Shown in pieces: positions 25,667 to 39,967 of a stretch of DNA of 64,000 nt. The stretch is from Thalia democratica (lineage: Eukaryota), in contig OZ241829.1 of the NCBI GenBank assembly GCA_965202585.1, forward strand, positions 66,216,001 through 66,280,000, written 5' to 3'. The first letter of the stretch is position 1. The number at the start of each line of letters is the position of its first letter. The notes under the pieces were generated by a model. That model did no database searches. It was not told where the DNA came from and worked only from the letters and a program-made list of their open reading frames with translations. Made by a program: the position numbers and the translations under genes.

Positions 25667-28126
25667 TTAATTGAAGTACTCCTTCAGGGCTTGCCCGTTC
25701 TTCTTCCACAGCTGGATCTTCAGCCCGATCTTCTCCACGCACTGCTTCAGCTTCCTCTCGCAGTTCTTGCTGATCCTCGGCGTGAGGAACTCCTCCACCT
25801 CCTGCAGCATCTCCTCGGTGGCGAAGTTGGGCGTCGAGGCTTGCACGATCCTCGCCAGGTGGTGGTTCTCGCTGTACTTGTCGTAGAATACCTGCCATTG
25901 CTCCTTCACAAACTTCCACGACTCGTCCCTGCCAAGCTTGGACCTGCTCGCCATTCCTGCCAACATCCTGTACTTTTCGTTGTCTCTCACGTTGTCCGAC
26001 ATCATGTACTCTTGAGCGAGCTTCAAGCACTCCAATTCCTCAACGCACCCCAACGCGCCCTCGATCTCCGTCTTCTCCTCCATTGAATCGGCCTTCTTGT
26101 GCATCTCCACCATCTTGTGGTAAGCATCAACGCCTCCCTTGGCCACGTAAACCTCGTAGACGGGTTGACGAATCTCCGGGTTGATCGGCGTCTGCTTCTC
26201 AAAGAAATCGTTCATGACCTCCATGCACTTTTGGTTGACTCCGTCGTCGTTGGAAGCCGTGATGAGGAGCGCTCTCAAACTTGCGTCCAAGTGGGACTCT
26301 CCCTCCTTTGCTTCCATCCCGACGTGCGCCACGATGTCTTTATACAGGTCTTTTTTGAATTGGGAAAACACTTTCGAAGCTTGTTCGTCGTTCCACAGAA
26401 GCTTGGTCATGGCGCTCATTGACTTGATGATCTCCTTCCACACCGGGTACTCAGTGTCGCCCTTGAAGCGCTTCAGCAGGTCAATGTAGGTGGCGAAGGA
26501 GCATTGGCCGGTGGAGGCCATCGCGTGCACGTCGCTCAAGACGTTGAGGCGGTCAAAGCAGTCGAGCTGTCCGTTTTCGATGGCTGTGATCAGCTTGGTC
26601 AAAATATCTTGGCTGTAGTTCACTCTGTAGAAGCCGCGGAAGCCAGGGTTGACTTTGAACCATTCGTTCGGACCGACGCCTTCCACCGTGATCTGATCGG
26701 ATTTCGATGAAAAGATGAAAGACTGGTGTTCTTCGGAGGTCGACGTGGAGATTGAGAGTGGCACCTGCCACAAGCTGTCGCTGCCTTCATCGGAAGAGGA
26801 GAGGCAAAACTTTTTCTGGGACAAGTTCAACGTCACAGAGTTGTCATTTTGGCTGGCGACGGACACGTTGATGACGGGGAATCCCATCTGCTTGGTCCAA
26901 GTCGACATGACCTGCTCAACAGGCTTGCCGCTGGCGTCCTCAAAACACCTCCACAAATCTTCAGTTTGCGTGTTGGAGTAGGCGTGCTTTTTGAAATAGG
27001 CCTTCATGCCTTGCTTGAACTTTTCCGCTCCGATCCAAAAGTGAATCATCCTGATGATGTTGCCTCCCTTTTGGTAAGATATCGCGTCAAAGATCTCGTC
27101 CACTTCGGCCGGGTGGTTCACCGGAATCTCGATGGCGTGGCTGTTCTTCAGGCTGTCCAGCTCCAGCGAGCGAATGGTGTCGTCATTGACATACTGCTCC
27201 CAAACCTTGAAGTCCGGGTTGCACACGTTTGTTGCGTCATACTCCATGAAGGTGGCGAAGCCCTCGTTGAGCCACAGGTGCGTCCACCACTCCATTGTGA
27301 CCAGGTTGCCGAACCACTGGTGCGACACCTCGTGGCACACCACGATCGTCACCCACTGCTTCTGCGCCTCCGACGACTCCTTCTCGTCGACCAATAATGC
27401 CGACTCCCTGTACGTAATCAGCCCCCAGTTCTCCATGGCCGAGCAGGCGAAGTCGGCGATGGCGATCAGGTCAAGTTTGTTCATCGGGTACGGGCAGTCG
27501 AAGAACTCTGTGAAGTGCTGCACCGACTTGATTGCTACTTCCAGAGGGTACTTTCCCTGGTCGGACTTTCCCGGGGGCGTGTAGACTTTGACGTCGATTC
27601 CGTCCTCGGTCTTGCCCTGGACGTAATCGAACTCTCCCACCACGAAGGCCAGCAGGTAGGTGGACATCTTCTTCGACTTGGCGAACACCACCTTCTTCGT
27701 GACGTCATCCTCGAGAACCTCCTCGCTGACGACGTTCATGTTGGAGAGGGCGACGAGGTCCTTTGGCACGTTCAAAGTGACGTCGAAGGTCGCTTTCAGG
27801 GCGGGCTCGTCCCAGCAGGGGAGGCACTGCCTGGCGTCGGTGGACTCGAACTGGGTGACCAGGTTGTAGCTCTCCACCCCGTCCTTGCTGGTGACTTTGG
27901 TTCGGTAGAATCCAGCCATCTTGTCGTTATGGATACCATTGAAACTCATCTGGAGGACGGCGGGTCCCTGGGGAATGACGTCATCGAACACGAGGGTGCA
28001 GGTTTCTTCCTCCTTGTTCAGGTTGACTTGGGTTGGTACGTAGTTTGTCCCGGAGTGCTGGAGGCTGCACTCTTTGATTTTCAGCTCCTTGCTGTTCATT
28101 TTGATCTCATTAGTGGCTTCATTGAC
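25667..28126 (-). CDS. NPEPPS: Puromycin-sensitive aminopeptidase-like M1 peptidase, copy A, exon 2 (819 aa)
   Basis: Acceptor gaaaacag|GTCAAT at 28127-28128, open to TAA at 25667. M1 motifs: TQFESTDARQCLPCWDEP, KMSTYLLAF, SAMENWG (GAMEN variant), HEVSH-18x-E (CHEVSHQWFGNLVTMEWWTHLWLNEGF), DEIFDAISYQKG (catalytic Tyr). No signal or TM segment, so cytosolic PSA type. Confidence 0.93.
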   Translation of the reverse strand, partial: VNEATNEIKMNSKELKIKECSLQHSGTNYVPTQVNLNKEEETCTLVFDDVIPQGPAVLQMSFNGIHNDKMAGFYRTKVTSKDGVESYNLVTQFESTDARQCLPCWDEPALKATFDVTLNVPKDLVALSNMNVVSEEVLEDDVTKKVVFAKSKKMSTYLLAFVVGEFDYVQGKTEDGIDVKVYTPPGKSDQGKYPLEVAIKSVQHFTEFFDCPYPMNKLDLIAIADFACSAMENWGLITYRESALLVDEKESSEAQKQWVTIVVCHEVSHQWFGNLVTMEWWTHLWLNEGFATFMEYDATNVCNPDFKVWEQYVNDDTIRSLELDSLKNSHAIEIPVNHPAEVDEIFDAISYQKGGNIIRMIHFWIGAEKFKQGMKAYFKKHAYSNTQTEDLWRCFEDASGKPVEQVMSTWTKQMGFPVINVSVASQNDNSVTLNLSQKKFCLSSSDEGSDSLWQVPLSISTSTSEEHQSFIFSSKSDQITVEGVGPNEWFKVNPGFRGFYRVNYSQDILTKLITAIENGQLDCFDRLNVLSDVHAMASTGQCSFATYIDLLKRFKGDTEYPVWKEIIKSMSAMTKLLWNDEQASKVFSQFKKDLYKDIVAHVGMEAKEGESHLDASLRALLITASNDDGVNQKCMEVMNDFFEKQTPINPEIRQPVYEVYVAKGGVDAYHKMVEMHKKADSMEEKTEIEGALGCVEELECLKLAQEYMMSDNVRDNEKYRMLAGMASRSKLGRDESWKFVKEQWQVFYDKYSENHHLARIVQASTPNFATEEMLQEVEEFLTPRISKNCERKLKQCVEKIGLKIQLWKKNGQALKEYFN

Positions 28127-29084
28127 CTGTTTTCAATATTTTGTTGGTTTAGAAGTTTTATTTTTATTAAAGTCATAAGAGGGGTCCATCTTGTTTTCTA
28201 CAAGTTGATCTTGTTCGTGAACTTTTATATAAATTTTCAAACATATTTAATCGCTTAACGAAATTCAAAATTATTTTGATATATAAACAATCAATTTCAG
28301 TTATCTCAACAGGTTCCTATTAGAAGGCACAAACCAAAAACATTAAAAAAAATTAACTCATTAAAAATATATCTTCTCTTTTGTATATTAACTAATCTTT
28401 TTCAAAATTTCACAGTACGTCTATCAATGATATGTCAACTTTTTCAATGCAGGAATTTTTAAAACTTTAAAAATTAAATTTCAAAAAAAATATATGTATT
28501 ACTTGTTCTTTTTATTTTTCTATGTTTTTAAAACTGCAACATTTAAAGGAATATCATGCAACATAAAGGAATGGTTCCTGGAAATTTGAGGTCTCTAGCT
28601 CAAAAAATGAAAACGGTAGATATTTGATCAATTTTTTTATTTTAAATAAAAATTGATGATAAAGCTTACTTTCTATCCCATAATTTTGTATTAGAAACTT
28701 TTTACAAAATTTAGAATAACTAAATATTTTTATTTAATAAGTAATAAGTACAAGCCAGTTTTTAAAAGTTTTAAAAAAAACTTAGGATTTGTTTTTTTAC
28801 AAAAATTAACATTGTTTTTTGTATGAATGCTTTAAGTAATAATACAAGGCAGTTTTTATTAAGGTTTTTATGAAAACCAAAGTTAATTTTTGTATAAAAA
28901 AAATGTTTGTCTCCCCTATGCTCTTAATATTTTATAATATTAGATGAGTTTTATAACTGAAAACTTTATTAATGATTCAGAACAAAAACAATCTTGTATT
29001 ACAAGCTTTAATTAGCAAACACTACAGTGAAGCTTGCCAAATCTTAATGTAGATAAAAACTTTTACAAAAGAAACAAAACTTAC

Positions 29085-29195
29085 AATAATTTCAACAGAT
29101 TGATGCCCTTCAAAAGTGAAAGTTTCAAATGAAGGTGTTAATGTGAGATCATAGTTCATTGGTGTAACATTGGTAGGCAAACGAGAAAATTCCAT
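29085..29195 (-). CDS. NPEPPS: Aminopeptidase copy A, exon 1 (37 aa); intron 28127..29084
   Basis: MEFSRLPTNVTPMNYDLTLTPSFETFTFEGHQSVEII then |gtaagt, phase 0. RLP..V.P.NY.L.L.P....F.FEG is the canonical M1 N-terminus and joins in frame to VNEATNEIKMN. Confidence 0.92.
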
Positions 29196-29657
29196 TGTAG
29201 TTGTTTAATTATTTGTATAAGTCTGTTGAATTATAGTGAATTAAATACATTTATCTTTATACATTAGTTGTTTTATCTATAAAGAGAAAAAAATACCATG
29301 TATTACTAAATTCTGAGTCTTGTTCATCGTACAAAGGAAAATTCACATTTATATACATTTTTATTAAAAAAAATATTTTCACTTATATTACTATCTTAGT
29401 TTTTAAAATACTTACCTAAACTGTGTATTGTTTATATTTAGCAAACACTTACACAATTAATATTTTCTTTTTGCGTTACAACATGATGAAAAATCAAATA
29501 TTACGCACAAATATTTGGTTTACTAGATTTTGAAAATAACATAGCTTAAAATTTTAATTGGTTTAAACTGAACAACAGATCTATTAGATATGTATTACAA
29601 AACAAAATAAACATGTAAAAATATTTTTAATCATCAACTTATCATGATTAGTGTTAT

Positions 29658-30047
29658 CAGGGTTGCCACGGACTTTTGGCAATTTTTTTTAAGGTTTTTA
29701 ATATTTCTTCCAGGTATTTTTAATTACTCGTTTAAAGGTCTATTTTTAGTTCAAATTTAAGTTTAGAAAAAAAAATGTGTTAAATAGTATAAAAGCATTG
29801 AAAAGATACTGTAAAACTTCTTCAAATGTATTTTAAAATTAAAAGATTTTTGATAATTACAAAAAATAATATCTATATTGTACATATTTTATTTCGAATC
29901 ATTTTTTTTACATAAAACAGTTAAAATATCTAAATTTTTTAGAGTTCTAAGTTTTTTAAACTTTATAAGTGTTTTTGTTCAGAATTCCAGGTGTTTTTAG
30001 CCTAAATTGTCAAATTCCTGGTTTTTCCAGGTAAAGTGGCAACCCTG
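29658..30047. mobile_element. MITE with 12-bp TIRs (hAT-like termini)
   Basis: CAGGGTTGCCAC ... GTGGCAACCCTG perfect TIRs with internal ttccagg motifs. No clear 8-bp TSD (flanks tgttat / tgatat). Confidence 0.7.
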
Positions 30048-31199
30048 TGATATACTTATGATATACTTTTCGGTAAAACAAAATAAATAACCAGTAAAAT
30101 GCCAGACTAGGGGTAAGTTAACTGCAGCCAAAGACCCGCATGGAAAAATATGCAGCCTGCAATGTACTTTACAGCTATGAATATAGTTTTACGACCCATA
30201 AGAAATATGGAGTGATTTAAATTACCTATATGGTGTAATTTTATCTTAAACCCACTCCACACTCATAATAATATGAACAACATTAAATGATATCTAAGGT
30301 TACTTTATACAAAACAAGCAAAACAAATGAGTTGATTAATCTTCTAATATATAACCACAATACAATAATATAAGCACTAATTTTTAAATATTAAAACCAA
30401 CTTGTATAAATCACTTTTAGAACAATTAAAAGTTATTGCAAGTTTAAGAGGAAAAACTTAAGGGTATTCAACTAATGTGAAAACATTAAATATTTAAGTC
30501 TTACTCAAAAAAAAATTAGCATGATAGTATTGTTAAGAACTCCTTATACTTTAAAAATGATCAAACAATAGTAAATAAACACGCACAGTTCTTACAAGAT
30601 AAGTCTAGTTATTACTTTAAGCAGGTTCACAATAACAAAACTACAACTGAGCAGCAATATTTTTTTAGTATTTTTGTACTAATTTCACCTACTAGACATA
30701 AAAATGATAAAACAGCAACTGCAAACAACAATTTCATTACACTTTTTCAAAACAATTAAAAACATAAGGATTTTGGTAAAATTTTATAATTAACTTGTAG
30801 CAAAGTAATATAGTAGCAAAACAGCTTAATATTGAGAAAGAAAAATTAACTTGAAGTCACAAGGACAAGTTTTAATCTTATTAAAAAAACCTGAAATTTA
30901 AAAAAAAACAGTCCTGAGTCTCCTTGAGTTTCATCAAAGTTAGTTTTCAAGTGTGCTATAATCACCCACCACTAATTTATGTCCCACATTGTGTTATTTC
31001 TTTTAAATTTTTATTACTAACAAAGTAAAATTTCAACTGGTAAAAAAAGAAAACAAAGTCAATGATTTCAATTATTTTTACAGATGTATAAATCTGGCTG
31101 AAGCATTTTAATTTTGAAACAGGTGGGGATGAGTAAATGGTTTCTCTAAATAACCAGCTAATCAATGTTTTAATATTAAATAAATAATATAAACAAGCC

Positions 31200-33973
31200 T
31201 TGTAGTTTGCCAAATAACCTGAATGATTGGATACTAGCCTGAAATACACCAAGCTAGTCTAAGATGGCCTGGGTCAGCTTGGGATTCATAAGTTTTTTAA
31301 ACTGGTCTAAGTTATCCTGAGTGATTGGCAACTTTTCAATCATATATAACTATTAAAACTATTATTACTATTCACTGAACTCAACTTAACATACTAACTC
31401 ATAACAACATTAGTTTATAAACTCATAAAACAACTTATTTAGAGACTAAAACCATATTTTATTTATATAAAATTCCTTTAATCCTAAACCAGTTTTGCAT
31501 ACTAAGTTGTTATTCCTAGCTTGCTTAGTCACAACTGATTGAAAATAGAATGCATTCTGCTTAAATACAGTTACATTTCCAATATGTTTCTTTGAAAAGT
31601 TCATAATTAGTTCTTTTGAAAATAATAAAAACACTTAGTAAGCTGATATATATTTTATCAAATTCAATCTAAGTTGCCAAAAACCAGTTTAGTAAGAATT
31701 CAGTATAATTGATTACATTAAAAAAATTAATTTATTCTATAAAAATAAAAGTTATGTAGCATGATCATTTTTTCAAGAAAGTCTTAGAAAACCAACTATA
31801 GGACCGGAAAAACCAGCTTGAGTGACTTTTAACTAATACAAGTTATTTTAAATAGTCTCAAAAAAAAAGCCATAATAGGACCCGAAGACAAAAAAAAAAC
31901 TGTTACTTCTAATTTGTCAAAATAATATGAATAAAACTTAATAGAAACACAGTTTTAAAAAAATGGACATTAACTCAAAAACTAGCTTAAGATTGTGGAA
32001 AAACTTGGAAAATAGCATAAACTTTGCCACAAAAATTTCAAACAAGCCTGAGTCAGCATGAGTAGACTGAATGCATTGCAACCCTGATGAGATCACCAAG
32101 TATTTTTCAAATAAATTTAAACTTTTTTTACTACAACAAAATTACATATATATTATTTGTATTAATAACAAATATTTGAAAACTATAACCCCACTGGTTT
32201 TGGACTACTTAACATGATTTTAACTTCTCATTAAAAATTAATAACCTACTTTATGCTATTTTATAACTACCAAGCACAAACAATACTTCTATAGTAGAGA
32301 TAAATACACACAAAAATATTATAGTACTTGTATACTAAATACATGAATTAATTTAGAATTCAAAGTGAAAAGAACTAGAACCTAAATAATATAGTTAAGT
32401 TTAAGTAAAAGGACATAAAAACATAATAAACTAAAATGAGAATGAACTTTTTAAATCTAAATTACAAACACTTATTGGAAACAAGTATTGTTATAAAGCA
32501 TTTAAAACAACAATAAGTTCACTTACTCAAACTTCCTAATATATTAGAACTGTCTGTTGAAAGGTTTTGACTAAAATGTTAAAACTTTCAGTTCTAATGA
32601 GCTTATATAGGCTTTAAATGAGAATGAAATTTTAATAGAAACATTGCATCAGGCAAATGTATGTAGTTTTAAGTAATTTGATATGTAATTTGAACTAATT
32701 AGATTATCTTTCTTTATTTGACTATCTCTCTTTATTTGATTGTCTCTCTTTATTTTATTTTCTTTGCTCATGCTCTCAATTTTCTCGCACAAGCTTTAAT
32801 TGGAGTTTTTTAAACTCAACTCTGCTTAAAGTTATTGATTTTATTACGAACAAAATAAACTTGTTATAAATTTTACAAAAGTGTTATTAGGTTAAGTGTT
32901 TTTATAATTTAAGTACAATAAGCTCATCGAGCTTAAAGAAAGCAAAAAGATAACAGTAGCTTGAGTACATTGAGTTAAGAGAATGTAATGAGATTAAGCT
33001 AGGAGCTTTTATAAAACTTGATACAGTAGATCTATTACCAATTACTAAGCTAATAACTTTGAAAAAAATAAGCTTATAAATAAGCATGACTTGTTAAACA
33101 ATGAGGTTATAAATTTTTAAACTAAGAACCAGACTTACTTATCTGTTTTAACATGCTTACATAAACTGATTAACTAAAAAAATATTATAAACAGATCAAC
33201 ATCTGAAAACTAGCAACTTTAAAGATTTTTGAAAATGCTAAGTAAAAATTTTATTTATTAAACTTAAAAAATACCTAAAAGCTTTTTTTTTTGCTAACTT
33301 AACAATGATTTTTGTTTAACTTACAAATTAAAAACAAAAACATTAAAACAACTATAAATTAAATATCATAAACAGATCAACATCTGAAAACTAGCAACAC
33401 TAAAGATTTATGAGAATGCTAGGTAAAAAATATTATTTGTTTAACTAAAAAAATACCTAAAAGCTTTCTTACTTTTTCCAACTTAAATCCAAGAACATTC
33501 CCTAATCTATAATTCCATTTAAGTTTAATTTAAATTTCTGAATGTAACTAGATAATAATATTATAGTTTTATGTAAGCCTTAAAACTTAACAACATTGTT
33601 TAGGTAGCAAAAAGAGTTAATGTTTAAAATAAAATCACATTGAAGTGACAAAGACAACTATTATTAAATTTAAATAAAAAAACAAAATCAGCCAGAGTTA
33701 TGAAAAAAAACTGCATACACACTTGAGTCACATGAGTTTTACCAAAATTCTGGTTTATAATGAGCTTTTTTCATAGTCAGCTACAAATTGCCCAGTATCA
33801 ACTTATTTCCCACAGAGTGGTTAATTTTTATAAGTGTCAAGTCTAAAAGTTCAACTAGTAAAATTGAAAAAATAAAACTAGTGATGTATATGAATATATA
33901 TATATATATATATATATTAATTTAGTTTTTTTATTTTAAATCTAATATTTAGTATAAGGAAGCATTAATACAG

Positions 33974-34010
<37 letters not shown>

Positions 34011-36150
34011 ATATATTTTCCCACCTGTTTTAAAATTAAAGAAAATCTAAATAGCTAGCTAATAAGTATTGCAATATTAAAACTTTGCAAAATAACCTGA
34101 GTGATCAAATACTAGCTTGAATTACAAGCTAGTCTAGCATGGTCTGAGTTTGTCAAAAAATTAAAAAAGTATTAGCCATAATTGTAAAGTGATATTAATC
34201 AAGCTTAAAAATTAAAAATGCTAAATAATACCAATTGAAGGACTTAACACAAACACAACTTTTTAATAGATTCATAAAATTAAAAAATTAGCCTGAATTT
34301 AGTAACATTTAATAACCTTATTATGTACTTTATCAAAGTTAATCAAAGATGCCACTTTTAACATAAAAAGTATTTTTCCAGTTAAAAAGTTAAGCATAAT
34401 TAATTTTTCAATATAAGAATACCATGTTTTTTTTTATTCAAAATAGGTTAATTATAACTAATTCAATATCTATTTACTGATAAGAGTTATGTAGCATGGT
34501 AATTTTTTCAAAAAAGTCTTAAAAAGTTGACATAAGGACAGAAAAAAAGCCAGCTTGAGTGAGTGAAAACTTATCTGATTATACAAGTAAGCCTGAAAAA
34601 TATAATAATTCAAAAGCTGAAAAATAGAGTTAGTCTAAAATTATCAAAAAAATAAGAAATACTTACCAACAACACATTAAAAAAAAAATTTTACTTAAAA
34701 ACTAGCTTAAGATTGTGGAAAAACTTAAAAATTAGAATAAACTATGCCATAAAAATTTCAAACAAGCCTGAGTCAGCATGAGTAGCCTGAATGCATTGCA
34801 ACCCTAAGAAGAACACCAAGTATTTTAAATAAAGTGAAACATATTTTATACTTTACCAATTACATAAATATCATTTGTATTAATAACAAATATTTGAAAA
34901 CTATAACCCCACTGGTTTTGGACTACTTAACATGATTTCAACCTATCATTATAAATTAATAACATACTTTATGCTATTTTATAACTACTAAGGACAAACA
35001 ATACTTCTATAGTTGATAAATACACACAAAAATATTATAAAACTTTTATACTAAATATATGAATTAATTTAGAATCCAAATTGAAAAGAACTAGAACCTA
35101 AATAATATAGTTAACTTTAAGTAAAAAGTTAAAAAAAAACATAATAAACTAAATAGGAATGAACATTTTAAATATAATTACAAAAACTTATTGGAAATAA
35201 AAATTGTTATAAAGCAATTAAAACAACAATAAATTCACTTAATCAAACTTCCTAATATATTAGAACTGTCTGTTGAAAGGTTTTCACTAAAATGTTAAAA
35301 TTTTCAATTCTACTGAGCTTATATAGGCTGTAAATGAGAATGAAATTTTAATAGAAACATTGCATCAGGCATAAGTATGTAATCTTGAGTAACTTGATAT
35401 GTAGTTTGAACTAATTAGATTATCTTTCTTTATTAGATTATCTCTCTTTATTTGATTGTCTCTCCTTGTTTTTTTTCTATGCTTACTCTCGCAATTTTCT
35501 CACCTAAGCTTTAATTGGAGTTTTATTAACTTAACTCTACTTTAAGTTATTGTTTTTTATGGCGAACAAAATACACTTGTTATAAACTTTACAACAAGTG
35601 TTATTAGGTTAAGTGTTTTTTAAATTTAAGTACAATAAGCTCATCATGCTTAAAGAAAGCAAAAAAGAAAACAGTAGCTTGAGTACATTGAGTTAAGAGA
35701 ATGTAATGAGATTAAGCTAAGAGCTTTAATAAAACTTGATACAATAGATGTATTACCTATCAGTAAGCTAATTATCCAAATAACATTAAACTAAAACCTT
35801 TAATAAAACTAGATACAATAGATGTATTACCTATCAGTAAGCTAATAACTTTGAAAAAAAAAGCTTATAGATATGCATGACTTGTTAAACAATGAGGTTA
35901 TAAATTCTTAAACTAAGAACCAGACTTATTTATTTGTTTTAATATGCTTAAGGAATCTAGTTTCATAAAAAAGATTAAAACATAAACTGGTTAACTAAAA
36001 AAATATTATAAACAGATCAACATCTGAAAACTAGCAACACGAAAGATTTTTGAAAATGCTAAGTAAAAATATTATTTGTTTAACTAAAAAAAATACCTAA
36101 AAGTTTTTTTTTTGCCAATTTAAGTAATGCTTTTTGTGCAACTTACAAAT
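31200..36150 (+). repeat. Tandem segmental duplication, units ~31200..33480 and ~34090..36150 (offset ~2.7 kb)
   Basis: Colinear shared blocks, e.g. attaataacaaatatttgaaaactataaccccactggttttggactacttaacatgattt at 32161 and 34879, and aaacaagcctgagtcagcatgagtag at ~32040 and ~34760. The sub-repeat acagatcaacatctgaaaactagcaac occurs three times (~33191, ~33372, ~36011). Confidence 0.85.
33894..34007. repeat. Two (TA)n microsatellites between the duplicated units
   Basis: (TA)n runs at 33894..33917 and 33974..34007. Confidence 0.9.
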
Positions 36151-39100
36151 TTAAAAAAAATTACAACAACTTTCAAATAAAATCATTTTGATTGTACTTT
36201 TTTAATTCATTCATGAAAAATAAAAATTAATTCAATTCAAGATTTTTATTCCACAGGCTGTTTGCTTTTTAGCAATTTACATAATTTTATCTTATTATTC
36301 AAATTGATGATAGGTAGTTTTTAAAACTGGTTTTACACAAAAAGTACTTTTATATCATAATATAAAACTTTGAACTATTATATTTATCAGAGTAATTTTT
36401 TTACAGCTTAATCAATAAGAAATATTATCTTTAACTTTATGTATGAACAAAATTGATACAACTAAAAATAGTATTATAAGCTAAAAACAACACCAAAAAA
36501 TTCAATATTTTTATCATTAAAAAAACAAATTTTCTAACATACAAAACAAAAAAAGTTTTATAAAATATACTAGTTTTTGAAATCATTAAGCTAATAATTT
36601 TAAACTTTAATGATAGACATGATCAAAATAGCTACAAAACTTGTAAAAGTAGTAAATAGTAGATTTGGTGATAAATTTATTCTGTACAAACTACTAAAAT
36701 AAAGTTTAAAATACAACTTAACTTTGAAATTTTTTAGTAACAGCAAAACAAGTAATTGTGTATTTATACACATTAGATACAAAACTTTATATATCTTTTA
36801 TTCAAAGATCAAATAAAAGTTTTATATACTACAATAAGTAACTTATAATTAAGGCTATATGTAGTAAGACAAAACCTCACTTAAACTTGAGTAAAAAACA
36901 AGACTTGACTCTTAATGGCCTTAAATTAAATTTTATAGATGTTATTGACAGTATAAATTAGATAATTGAAAAGTAGTCAAGCTAAATATACTTTATTACT
37001 AAGCATCCACAAAAAATGTATAACACTTCCCTAATCTAAAAACTTTTGAATGTAAGGACTACAAAAGCTTTGAACTGAAATGAAAAGCAGAATTAAAATT
37101 TAATATATATTAAATTCTTACATTAAAAAACATTGAAATATAAATTAGTAACTTTCTTGTACATTATACAAAATTTTTCATTAAAAGTTTCATTTGTTAT
37201 TTACTGAAGTTAATATTTACAACTAAAAATAAACAAATTATGTATTTTTTTGTATAACTAAACTGTATCCATACTTTGGAAAAATAAAAAAATAAATAGT
37301 TCAAATAAACTAAATCTAGAAGATTAATATATATAATACCTTTTTTTTATTTAACAAAAATTGAAACAAAATGAAGATTTATATATTTTTTTAAGTTAAA
37401 GACATTAAACAGTTCAAGTAAATGACTATAATAAAATTTATTATGGTTTAATATAATGATTAAACGTAGCTTAGACTTAAATACTTTTTTCTAAGAATAT
37501 AACATCCAATGATAAAAATACGCAAACATTAAACTTGCTTTAGAGTTAGTTATACCTCAGTAAAATTGGTAAGTGTGACTAACAAAAACAAGTTACTTCA
37601 ATCCACCTTACTACCAGTTAATAAAAACTAACATCAAAAAAGTTATTTTACAACTGAAGTAAAAAAATTTGTAAACAACTTGTACTTAAGACTAACCAAA
37701 AGAACCTAATAGTTCTTGGGACAGTTGGATGACCCTCACTTGTTTTTGGAAGTCTTACCCACACAATCTAGTTTGAACAGTCTCTCAGAATATCATCTGT
37801 TAGACCTGAATCTGAATGAAAAAAGAAAAATTAGCTGTTGGTTTAACTAAACCCCATCCTTTTCACTGAACTAATTATTTGGTCATGTTTAAAAAAAGTG
37901 TTAAAGTTACCATATAGGGCAAATATTTTATCATTCATAGCTAAATTCTTATTGACTTAACGATTTAATTGAATAAATCAAATTTTAAACTATTTTTAAG
38001 TATAAATTGCTTTTTTTATCATTATATATAGTAAAAATATCTTAATAACTTCCATCAAGTAAAAATTAAAAAAAGTTGTTATATAAAATTTTATTTTAAC
38101 TTAAATACTTAAAATCTAAACTAAAAAATTATTATATGTACTTTTAAAACTTTTAATCATTAATGTTTATTTTTTCACAGAGCAAAGACTAAATGGAACA
38201 AATTACAAGGAAGACTGTGTGGTATTGTGTGCAAGGGTGGAAAATTTTTGTTAAAAACCAAAAAGATTTAATTCATATACTATACAATAATTTTCTATAA
38301 AAAACAGAAGGAAACATGTTTATAGAGTAATTTAAAATTTTCTCACATCTTAATTAACTACTGATTTTTTTTTCTATTTACAATATCTTTTTTTTTTCCT
38401 ATGCTTCGTCCAAAAACTACTTATTTGCTTTTATTAGATTTATACAAATGTTTTATGTCTTATAAACAATGGTTTTAGAGCAAGATTTCCCTAACTTTTT
38501 TTCAAGTTGTCCACTTAAGAGAAATTAAAAAGGCTATGGCCTTCTCCAAAACGACTACTCAAAAAACTACCATTTAAATTCACCTAATACCTTTTTTTTT
38601 GTGCTTTTCATCTGCAACTCAAAAACATCTAGTGTAAGTTTCAAAGTTACTAATGAAAACACTTAAGACATTTTTTTTGCTCTCCATCTGCATCTCTAAA
38701 ATATCTAGTGTAAAATTAAATATTTTATGACAGAAAAAAAATTTGAAAACTTCTTCTGCCCCTTTACTAGTTATTGCCCCCTGACCTAAAATCGCCCCCG
38801 GTACCACCCACTTTAGGAAACCCTTTTTTTAGAAAATCATCCATTTAGTTGTATTTTATGATAAATGTGCATTAAATTAAAAATTTCTTTTTTGTGTTTA
38901 CTAGCTTATTGCCTTCTACTTTAAACAACTAAGCTTAAACCTTTTTATTTAGTTCTATATAAATTCAACTTTGTTAAACTTATGTTTATGCTTGTATTTT
39001 GTTTAGTTTTAAATTGTTGTTTTTTTAAATAACTTTATTTTCTTTTAGTGTGTCCTGTTTAAGTTTAATTTTAATTAAAAAAAATTGTACTCCTCCAAAG

Positions 39101-39967
39101 CTTTAATAAAAAGTTTAATTAAGTGTCTTTAACTATTTAGTGCTAAAGGGCATTATCTAAACTAAACAGTTTGGTATATTATTTCAGATTTTAAAACAGA
39201 AAACAAATACACAAGAAATAAACTACATTTTAAATTATTATTGTTATAAAACAACCTTTTTTCAATTATTCATCTGTTTCCAATGATTTGTGATACCTTC
39301 TTTTGTATTTTTCAAAAGGTAAAACTACATTTAGAAGATTTTCATTTCAAGCAATTTTAAAATTAAGTGCCTACAAAAAAATTAAACAACAACTTTAAAA
39401 GGAAATTACTTCATTAATATAACTAATTTTATTAAGGATGTTTTATAAGACTTGTTTTATTATAAAACCTTATTTAGAAAAAAAAAACCTATCCAAATGC
39501 TTTACTAAACCAAAAAAAACTTCTTAAACAAAATAATTTATATTTTGTATATATTTTTAAACACGTTTCGAATCAAATTATTATTTTAAATTAAATTACT
39601 TAAAAAGTTATTAAACCATATGTAGGGTTTAAAGCTAGTTATATTAAAGTTAGTTGTCTAAGAAAGTTTTCAAGCAAAAATAATTAAAAAAAAGTTGGAA
39701 AAGATTTTTTTTTTTAAATAACTTTTGCTATAGCATTTATTCACATTTAATACCTAATATGCTCCTACAGTAAATGAAATAAAATAAAACATGGATGAGT
39801 TTATAATCATAACTTAAGTAAAAAATTTTACTTAAATTTATTTGAAATATTTTTAAAAAATTGTAAGTTTGGTAGCAAAAAACAATTTTAAAACAAAACG
39901 TACTCGAATTGCTTCTGATGATTTAGCTGCCTCAATCAGTTTTTTTAATTTCAATGGAAATTTTTAA

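Noticed and set aside
25667-28126. Horizontal transfer from bacteria as the cause of the high GC of the aminopeptidases
   Set aside because: The sequence follows animal PSA closely (e.g. LVTMEWWTHLWLNEGF, DEIFDAISY.KG) and carries a spliceosomal intron; other coding relics in the window share the codon bias.
25647-28258. Many 60-250 aa ORFs overlapping aminopeptidase A (e.g. 27515..28258 +, 26849..27397 +)
   Set aside because: Antisense or alternative-frame shadows of a GC3-rich CDS. The mirrored ORFs at 57858..60367 arise the same way.
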